Below, in pieces: positions 24,793-33,870 of a DNA stretch of 33,870 bases. The position numbers were made by a program, and so were the translations under genes. Within the stretch, counting starts at the first letter, position 1; each line of letters opens with the position of its first letter. The DNA comes from Circinaria calcarea (taxonomy: Eukaryota). The notes below the pieces were generated by a model. The model did not search any database and was not told where the DNA came from. It was given only the letters and a program-made list of their open reading frames with translations. The stretch lies in NCBI GenBank assembly GCA_051942165.1, contig JAVECS010000035.1:1-33870 (forward strand). Direction: 5' to 3'.

Positions 24793-26688
24793 ATGCAGAG
24801 GTAGAAAGAGGCATACTTTAATTATTCTAATCGCTTTAATTCTCTACACTTTACTGATCCGCACCTGAAGGTTCGATACTAATTCAAGTACCTCTATAGT
24901 GACGTCAGCTTCGATCACTTCCTCTGCACCCCTAACTTCAACTTTGGTATCGGCCAACTCATGTTGCAGAGACTGCTTCATCGGTTTTAATAGACCCTTA
25001 ATAGTCGCGTGGCAGGCTACTTCCCCAGACTATCAGTACCGCAATCACAACAAGAACTTTACTAGTAGAAAATGCTACAAACAGTACTAAAACGTTGTCT
25101 TTTGAGTACAACAGCCACGGTCGTAGATAGTTACTCGAGATGTTTAAATACCATTATTCCAGACGGTACAGCCGTAGAGATATTTACTGCCAGTTTGGTA
25201 AACATTACCATCATTTCGATTTGGTGAGTTTATAGTAATTCTTTTAGCATCGGGCTGATGGACGTGTAGAGAATCAACCACGCCTTTCGTCTTTTACGGA
25301 TGTGAATGTACTGTGCGCGGAAATATTGAACTGACGGCACTAAATGGCACAACGTATTGCACCTCCAGAGGCTAGCTTGACGGCTTCGGAACACCTTTGC
25401 CTTCTTATCCACCGTATACGCATACATTATGTGGAGATCCTCGCAGACCCCACATCTGCTCAAGTGTTCAACAAGGCTTCATGGACCTTTATTTTGATAT
25501 ACTCGATTTTCGAACATGTATGGGGGCTACTCTGAATGGCTCTCTAGCTACGCTAACCGCTGCCGAGTTCTTGACGGATAGAACTGTCATCTATGAAAAG
25601 CCTCCCACTATTTCTACAGGTAAGTCCCAACCAGCCGGGCCAGAATCGGAAGGGCCAGGCCAAACCCACCTTCTCTATCTAAATCTACCACCGGCACTCC
25701 CCAATCCCCAGTCGTACGTACCAAGAACGACACGGACATCGTCGTTCCCAGACAATATACCCGCAACAGAAGCCCAGTCTCTTCCTGTTATTGCACTTCA
25801 GACAATACCTCCCATTGCCAATACAGCTTCCACGGCACCAGCACAGCAAACTGTCACCCTTCCAGCAACCCCTGTTTTTACTTACGGAGGTAACACCTAT
25901 ACTGCTCTCGCGAATTCCGTGTTTTTGCTTAATGTGGGAATCCTATCACCGGGAGATTCTCCAATTAAAGACTCTGGAAAGGTGCTCTCACTTAGGCCCG
26001 GTGGATCATAGATTATTGTCCAGGATAATAGAGATAATGGCACGGTTTTTCTATCCTATGCCAGCCAGGGCAGCGGTCAGATTGGCAGTCTATCAGCCTC
26101 GGTATCGCCATTAGTGGTAATAGCATGCGGTCAGTCCTTCACTATTATATCATCATCTGAGATTGTTTTCGGGGCTACAACTCTCATACCAGGCGACTCT
26201 GGATTACTTTCTCCGGGTACGCCTGTTACTTTTGCAGATACCGGAGACTATCTCCTCATTGGTACTAGTTCTGTCCTTCTCGGCCGATCCATCTAACGAT
26301 AGGCGACCGGACGTTTATAGCCAACGGTGCTACAGAGTTCACTATTGCTGGGCAAACCCTCGTCCTGGGCGATTCGGTTGTTATAGTCAATAAGACTACT
26401 ATCAGTCTTGCGCCTGGTGCGACACAGGTTGTTGTGGGAAGCAATACGGCCAGTGTTGGTCTTGGGATCGGAAGATACATATGGAGTGGACTAGGCGGGA
26501 ATGTAGGACCGAACTCGACCGTCACGGTCAGCGAGTTCACCGGAGCCGCTGTGACCGAGACGAGAGAAAAGCTATTGGAAGCTATTGGTAGGGGCATTCC
26601 TACTATGTCAGAGCTTGTATACATAGATCCAACGGTGGCGATAGATTTAACGTTATGGTATGGCTTCCACACCGCAACGCTAGTGTAG
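24793..26688 (+). pseudogene. Secreted/cell-surface Ser/Thr-rich protein pseudogene (probably GPI-anchored type)
   Basis: Signal-like LIILIALILYTLL, Cys-containing N-region (NSCCRDC), Pro/Thr linker and short beta-type repeats (FTYGGNTYTA, TTLIPG, FTIAGQTLVLG, ISLAPGATQVVVG), ending GIGRYIWSGLGG...FTGAA. In-frame TAG at 26009-26011, frameshifts near 25400 and 26290, and further stops in the 5' part. Confidence 0.7.
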
Positions 26689-27279
26689 TGGGAAGGCTAC
26701 ATCACACCGTTTTAGTAGTATAAAATTAACACCGCGCTGCCGGCATATATTGCCATGACCTTTGTGAATATAGCGTAATGAGTTCCAAATATTTACATAA
26801 ACTGGATGCATACTATAATTAAACATATGTATATATATGTTTTCCCGAACTCCTGTTAACTTAGGCCTCGCCGCTTTGTTCACGCGCTAACGCCAGCTCT
26901 GTCCTTCTGCTCCCTCCTGTTCCAGCGGTAATACTCCCTTTCCAAGATGGAATTCCCAGTCCTAAGGTAAGTTTGGGGTGTAAATAGTATAGTATTCCAC
27001 GCTCAAATGATCTACTACTACACGAGATCTCTATATACTAAGTAGATTAGTGTGTACCACATAAGCACCCACGTAATTGCAGGTAACTAATTCCTACACT
27101 ACTTTGATCGTAGGGGTAGTGGTAGTTAGCACCACGCTAAAGTTATTAATGGTTATGATTAACTAGTGCCACGCTAACGACTAATACCCATCCTACGATA
27201 GTAATAATACTTATTAATTTTTAGACATTAGAGAATTGAGTATATTTTTAAAAATAAGAGAAAACAAAATTAATCTGTT

Positions 27280-27390
27280 AACCTCGTGGCGCAGTGGTTA
27301 GCGCGCCGTTCTTATATCAAATCTTCTGGAATTGATATGGTAATATCCTAGGTGATGCGGATGTCGCGAGTTCGAATCTCGCCGGGGTTA
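27280..27390 (+). tRNA. tRNA-Ile(UAU) with an intron of about 38 nt (27317-27354)
   Basis: Acceptor stem AACCTCG/CGGGGTT, discriminator A, D-arm GCGC-AGTGGTTA-GCGC, anticodon TAT at 27313-27315, intron after position 37 and T-arm GCGAG-TTCGAAT-CTCGC. The intron (GATATG) can pair back onto the anticodon region, and a T-tract follows the gene. Confidence 0.92.
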
Positions 27391-27420
27391 GATTATTATT
27401 TTGCCGTTGAAAATAATTAG

Positions 27421-27443
27421 TAGATAGATAGATAGATAGATAG
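27421..27443. repeat. (TAGA)n microsatellite, about 5.75 units; short (CATA)n/(CAAT)n runs follow at about 27518-27543
   Basis: tagatagatagatagatagatag read directly. Confidence 0.85.
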
Positions 27444-27899
27444 GAAGAAAGGTAACTTTGGTGACAGTGAGTGGTTATTGTTGGTAGGTTGTTGCCTTTT
27501 TGGCAAGCTTACTTCTTACATACATACATACAATCAATCAATTCTAGCTACGGAGTAGAGAAAGTAAAATATATATCATATGCTACCTGCCGACTTTTTC
27601 TACCGAGCCGGTCTCGCGTGCGACTCAATAAAGTATAATATTTATATACTGCCCACGGCTACTACCTACTACCTATGCCCTAAAGCTCCGGCTGCTCCGC
27701 GTGTTGCACAAGGTAAAATTTGCATCCTGTCCTCGGACTACGTCAAATGTGCCTACTCACCGACCGCACCGGGTAAGCGGAGAGCCCCGTGCCAGCTCCT
27801 TCAACAGCGGCTAGCACTGTGGGGGGCATACATACAGTATGTGAGGACAATGTGTCCCTCGCCCAACGGTGAGTTTGCATTGCCGATGCTGCTAATATG

Positions 27900-29111
27900 T
27901 ATACAGGGGGATCCTGCCGCATGCGGCCCCGAGAAGAACACCAAGAGCTAGTACATTCTTTACGTCTGCTGGTGGCAGAGGTTCAATGGAACAAGAATAT
28001 CATAAGTCCGTTTACTATTCGAATTTTTCTTATGAAGCTGCTTATTGGGTGGGGAACAGGGATTGACAACCACGAATTTGATCTTCGTCGGGGTTTTGAT
28101 GAATTCAAAAACCTGGAAAGCCAGACTTGAGCTAAGTTTGGAAAATCGTCGACAAAAGCCCTCTCGTGAGGCGTTTGAGGTCATCAAGCTCAGAACTCGC
28201 CCATGCTCACGACTTCTCATCTGGCCAATGGCGAAACTGCTGTCATTACCAACGGATGCATAGCAACGGTAATGGGAAATGCGTTCGAGAGAGGCCATAC
28301 ATTGATATTTGAAGGTACAATCGTAGATCTGGGCGGTCGAGAAGACTTGTGGAATACTCAACACCAGTCCTACAGTGCCACGCGACATTCGCCCGGCAGA
28401 TATACGAGCTGAGTCAGGCCAAGGTTATCATGATGTATGGAAGGAAACGACAAGATCACTATGTAAGCACCCCAACTATGTATGACCTCACACTGTTAAT
28501 TTTGTGGGACACGCTCGAAGGCCATTTCATCGCTCTAGACCACGATAAGAATTATAACACTGGCGATGGAAAACCACGGGTGAAAAGGGTTCTAGTCTCT
28601 ATGGCCCATTCCCAGCGGCTCTTTTACGAGCCTGTTGGAAGCGAGTCATCGAAAAGACAGGATGTTATCACATTTGATAGCCACTCGTATGGCAGCGACA
28701 GATTTTTAATGCCAAGATCAATACTATGTAAACAAGTATTGGAGTCAACGTATGTCCCACAATTTCAGAAGAGGGATGTCAACTGCACAAACATCGCTCG
28801 ATTCAGCCGAGAAATAGAGTAGCGAACTTGAAGAGTCGGAGTTGATGGATGTCTCTAATCCCCTGCATACAACGTCGTATAAGCTTTTCAGCGAGCTTTC
28901 ACGTAGCAATGAAAGCTTACGGCCGCTTACAGCAAAGGTACTAGGCTCCTGGTCAGAACACGAACAAAACCACAAATGGAAAGATATCGCCGATTTTCCG
29001 AAGCCAGTATCACGCTGGTTTAAAGGCCAAAAACACATTATCTTCCGCGACATAGCCCTTCCATCGCTAACAGATATATATAATGGCAGTATTAGGGCCA
29101 TTTGTGTCTAA
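27900..29111 (+). pseudogene. Degenerate protein-coding sequence, possibly with a uracil-DNA-glycosylase-like fold
   Basis: A chain of same-strand ORFs in shifting frames (27897-28130, 28203-28412, 28349-28822, 28842-29111) with protein-like composition. IYELSQAKVIMMYGRK and RVLVSMAHSQ resemble the UDG-superfamily beta-strand-Gly and terminal HPS motifs. The family call is tentative. Confidence 0.45.
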
Positions 29112-29890
29112 CGAGCACCAGCACCTCGCGAGCGGAAGAAAGGTTCCTGAAATCCTTGGTTCAGTAGACAATCTTGAAGCAAAAGCAATTCTTGGACTTC
29201 GGCAGTGACCTCTACGGCAGTGGGTCTTTGCGATAGTGACAGCGACCTTCCGCAGTGACCTTAATGATAGCCACCTTCCACTAAAAGAAGGTCAATCAAT
29301 CATTAAAAATAAGAGGCTTGGAAAAGATTCCAAATCAGTTAAGATTTAGAGATAGGCAGCAGCCGGTCAAACTTAAATAGCTCGGAGTAATTATAGCCGG
29401 GCGGGGTTTACGTTGCCAAATCTGACTCTTGGCTCCTCGGCCTATTTTTGGTTGGCTGTTAAGAATATCTTCGCTCCGTGGTGCTCCTCCTATACTCCCT
29501 TGGCGGTTATATATATGCATCGATGCTCCATTTTGGTAACATGGGACGATGGTCACTACTGCATCATCGACCAGAAGTTCATGGGTGTAGGTCGAGGGTA
29601 GGCAGGGCGCTGCTGCTGCTTGCTGCAGAGTACAGCGATTTCACCGACTTTGGGGAAGAGCGCCTACTTGCTCCTTCTATGCTCCCTCAAAAGCGGCCAC
29701 TTCATCCTAAACTCGGGGTGTATATAACATATGATTTTTTATGTTCTTTAAATTCTCACTATAGGTAATAAATGTCCTATGCCTCCGCTAATGTATTTGT
29801 GGAAGGTTCACAGGTTCACCAGATCTCTTTGATTAATTGAGTTCTCCGCCAGATGTCCCGATATATTCAGTTCCCCGGATTCATCTTCCT

Positions 29891-30386
29891 CTACATCTCT
29901 GCCCCCATCGGTCCCAAGTCCTCTTGCAGTTCGATACCCCTGCAACGACCTTCTCGCTGTCCAACAGGACAAATGCGACTCGCACCCACTCCGTCCCGCT
30001 GTTGTTCCGCCACGCATGCATAACTCCTCGCTGCACGATCATGTCTCCCACCCTCATCACCTTGCTCTCGCCACTGTCGAGTATCAGCTCCGCTTCCCCT
30101 ACAATCACGATTCCATAATCTAACAACTGCGTCCTGTGCATACATAAATGGCTTCATTGGGGAGTGAGGGTCGAAAGGTGCCATGTCAACAACACGAAAG
30201 ATGCTACGGAGGGAATCGAGAGCCCGAGGGTGCCAGGTGCCACGACGGGAAGGAAGAATGGGCGGCTAGCCCAGGGCGCTTTGGGCGTGGGATGGAAAAC
30301 CGCCTCCCCTGCTGCGTTATGTATGGGTTGCGGTTGACTGGCGGAAGGGGGAAGATTTGGATAGCGACGGATGGGGAAGTAGACAT
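29891..30386 (-). pseudogene. Cupin-2 domain protein pseudogene
   Basis: Fragments LPPVNR / HNAAGEAVF / DMAPFDPHSPMKPF / MHRTQLLDYGIVIVGEAELILDSGESKVMRVGDMIVQRGVMHAWRN...RVAFVLL / ELQEDLG carry both cupin motifs but lie in different frames. A TATG duplication (catacata at 30139-30146 on +) causes one of at least three frameshifts. Confidence 0.85.
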
Positions 30387-31303
30387 TGTGAAATGATACT
30401 CCTGCTTTACTCCGTTTTTTTTCTCATGCTAGTGTGCACTGATCAATTGCTTGTTAAACTGATTGAGGAAGAGAGGAAGAAAAATGATGGGGGTTCCGGT
30501 ACGGTTTTGATAACAGGGTTTGAGTTGAGGGCTGACATTGGAGTTTGAGGTACTCATCTCCAAGGCCCCCATAGTACTAATTTTATATCATATCCATAGA
30601 TAGCTTAACTGTTTCTCCAAGGCGATGGATGGATGGATGGTGCTTAATAATTGGTAAGCTCGCTTTTTAGGTCTTACCGGACATTTAGTCGTTCCTTCAC
30701 GGAGCCCAAAGCATCCCGACCCGCAAGGAAATTCCACCGATCTTCGTCTTTGTAAACATTAACACGACATGCTTGATTATTTGTTAAGCGATGCACTTCA
30801 TCACATTCATAGAACTGTGGGTGAGTTTCACTAGGTATAAGAAGCTAAAAGAGCAAGCTTTCAGCCAATTAAATACAAGTCGTAGCGGCCTCTGATGGAG
30901 AGCCTTTTTTTTGAATTGAAAAAAAAACAAAAAACAAATGAGTGCTCACGCAGCCAGACGTACCCACATTGACAAAGTGACTACTTACACACTATCTAAT
31001 AAGAAGCAGGGTGCAGGCGGGTGGGTGGGTAAACTCGAACCCAGCTTTTGAAGGTGCTTCACCCACCGCTCGGATAGGGATGAAGAAGGGACAAGACACG
31101 AAGGCATTTCCAACTTCTTGTACGGAGTATACGAGCCGGGTAACTTCTTGGTTTTGCACGTTAGAATCTTTATTGGCTGGGGGCCCATGAGGAGCAGGCC
31201 GGAATAGCTAGACTTGGAGCGGGGCGAATGAGCTGAATTTTAACTTATCGCGACGGGTAATACTCGGATCACTATGCAGTGATTCCTCCGAGGAGAAGCG
31301 ACG

Positions 31304-31371
31304 GGGCATGCATTGGCATGGTGCATGTGTCGGCATGCACTGGCATGGAGTAGGCATTGGCATGGAGCATG
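31304..31371. repeat. Imperfect tandem cluster of (G)GCATG-ending units
   Basis: Seven GCATG copies in about 68 bp, several as CA(T/C)TGGCATG. Confidence 0.6.
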
Positions 31372-33870
31372 TAATATTGAGTGTTAATATAAAAGCACGG
31401 TAGTGAGCATATCATTGGAGCCGCAGACGGGGAGCAGGTAATTTGGCGCATGTACCTAGGTAGTATGCAGATGATGCACGCAGCCCGTAGCAATAATAGC
31501 GTAGAAATATGCGAATGTAATCTCATGTAACAAACAAGTCTCCAAATCCATCCAAGCGTAAAATTACCGAACGTTTTTGTTGAACTTGACTGACCTGACG
31601 TGTTTTGCTTGCCCGGCCTCCCTTCCATATATAGAGCGGTATAACGTGACTCGCCACAGCCGCCACCATGGTCTAAGCGTGTGGTGGAGATGAGCTAAAC
31701 CCATTTCGGCCATCGGAGTATCTGACGCCGGTTTAACTCCATACTCATTTCTCAGGCGCATCAAAGGCCCCACATGCCACTTTAAGGCCATGAACATCCA
31801 TGAAGCGAGCTTTTTGCTGCCATGTTGGAATCGTCCTGTCCTGCTGGCCTCGCAATTCTTGGCTTCCCATTCCTGGCCTGTATAGTGGCTCAGCTTACTA
31901 CGGTAGGGGATACGACCATGCGGTCAAGGCTTCCTATACGATTGATCCCCCCCCCCGGGTTCGTCCTTGGCTTTCCGTAAGAGGACCACGATCCTTGATA
32001 TTACAACCTGCACTCTATGTCAGCGTCAGCATCCTTTCGGTACTTGATCTAACCGTCATGCTCTCATTCGTCAAGCCTGCATTACGCTTTGCTGTAGTGT
32101 CTGGATCTGCTCGGGATGTAGCTGTCTTCAGACCTGCTGTCCTCAAGTTTGTGACCTGGCTGCCATATCTTTTCATATCATGGACCACGACCATCTTTTC
32201 GCTTGCTGCGGACAATTGTTTTAGTGGTTCCTTAGGCCTCTGCGGCTCTACCTAGCCATATCGCGTCACAGTTCGAGAGAACACGTTCTTTGATGACCGC
32301 AGCTTGTACACTGCAGGTTTGGAAGGATCCCTGAAGTACTCCGTACCGCATGCAGAACCTCCCCACACTTCCCCACAGCTTACAGAGGCATTAACCGTGT
32401 CGGTGCATCCATCTCACCCTCCTTTGCGGAAATGGCGCATCGGCCATCCTCCCGCCAACGTCTCTGTGGATAGTTCATGTCCCCCATCATGCATCCGGAT
32501 CGCCTCTAAACCAAAGGATTCCGATGTCGGATATTTGGACTTCCTCGGAGACTCACGCGGTGGACGACGAAGCGTGTTGGCAGACAAAAGGTGGCATCGA
32601 TAGTACAGAGTGTCCTTTACGGTATCCAAGGTGTGGGCGTGAGCCCTATGAGCCCAACCACATTCGACCTGCATGCAGCTGGCCACCTCCATTTCCAAGA
32701 CGGTCTTTGCAGCTCAACGAGACATCAGCTGTCGGGATCGGGGAGAATGACAGGCTCGGTTGCGGGGAAAGGTCGCAGGTTGCATGCAGGTAGCCTTGCA
32801 TGTCTTGGCGCCGGGAGATTAGTGTCCCCATCCGGTGTCCCCCCCCTCCTCTCCGAGAGCTCCGAAGGCCTTTGGAGAGAGGGCAGACGGGAACACGTTC
32901 GTGGTCATTCAGCTCTGCTTCGCCGCTGGACTTCATCCCGACTTCCCTCTCTTCTTGTGCATTTTACGTACTTGCATTCTCTCCACCTCGTGTTGCGGAC
33001 CCTATGATCCCTCGGCGTAAGCGAGATCACCGCCAATGGCACCGACTTCTGAGGTATGCCATTTGACATCATGGTAGCTGCAGCCGGCCTCTGCGACGGT
33101 GCTGTCGGAGCCCAAAAGGCTTTTCGGCGCATATGCACCCGCTCGTGAAAGATTCCAATTCCCCGGAAGACTTACGTACTCAGTTCCCCTCAAGGCGTCC
33201 TGCAAAAGACCTACGGAAGCATCATGGTCAGTGTCGGTTCTCTTTCTCATGGTGCCGGGGCCAAAGGTTGATGCCACCAAGCCTATCGCTGCTATCTCGA
33301 ACGCTTCCAAAGTTCACTCCCCAACGTCTGGGGACAGACTGTTGGTAAACAGGCACCTTCGACGCTCTCCTCATCTTATTGGTAGGATTTTTTAAACGGG
33401 GAATACCAGAATCCTTCATCTCACGATCCCGCCATCTCGCAAGCATAGCCATATGGGAGGTTTATTGGATAAGCTTCTCCGAGCTGCGTGTAGATCCTTT
33501 CGAACTCCCGTCACCTCTCGCTTGTCCACTTGATACACCCCATGGCTTGTCGTGTGGAAGCCTCGCCGCGTTTGTTACCAGGTCACTTCCCTGTCCTATG
33601 CTTGGCTGAGGCTTTTCAACACGGTTCAAGTGATCATCGATCCTTTGGTCGCTACTCCCGCAAGAGCCATTTACGCAAAGTACACCGAGTCAGCACAAAT
33701 AGGAAACGCCAAAACCGAGAGCACCTTTGTATTTGGGTCCGAGCTTCACGGCGATAGGCCTCTGGATGCGAACGCATGTGGGCTGAGCTGACCACCACTC
33801 GCAAACTTTCCCCTGGCCCCGTCTATCGGTTCCCCATTCGTACCTGTTGGCATTACATGGCAGGAAAGCT

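Noticed and set aside
27280..27390. tRNA as an initiator or elongator Met gene mutated CAT>TAT
   Set aside because: It lacks the three G:C anticodon pairs and A54/A60 of initiator tRNA, and the D-arm and intron match eukaryotic Ile(UAU) genes.
26700..27700. Transposon or LTR in the AT-rich island
   Set aside because: No terminal repeats, target-site duplication or transposase/RT remnants could be identified.
29197..31371. CRISPR-like arrays from short repeats
   Set aside because: The repeats are short, irregular and lack unique spacers, and the context is eukaryotic with no cas genes.

Overview
Eukaryotic DNA from a filamentous ascomycete (Pezizomycotina-type, with short GT-AG introns of about 47-62 nt and CTRAY-like branch points). 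The left two-thirds holds mostly intact genes: the 5' end of a Ser/Pro-rich protein gene running off the left edge; a KDM4/Rph1-like JmjN-JmjC gene lacking two of its three Fe(II) ligands; directly upstream on the same strand, a complete 7-exon DNMT5-type gene (C5-cytosine methyltransferase + SNF2 ATPase + RING, about 2195 aa); a 2H-phosphoesterase; ribosomal protein eL42/L44; and the ER Hsp40 SCJ1. The right 12 kb is a gene graveyard (aspartic-protease-like, cell-surface, possible UDG-like and cupin pseudogenes) around one intact intron-containing tRNA-Ile(UAU). The best candidate for an undescribed system is the DNMT5 (no recognisable chromodomain) plus pseudo-catalytic JmjC tandem, a possible reader/writer chromatin module. 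That link is inference from adjacency and motif loss only. Exon models and family calls were made by eye, with no database searches.
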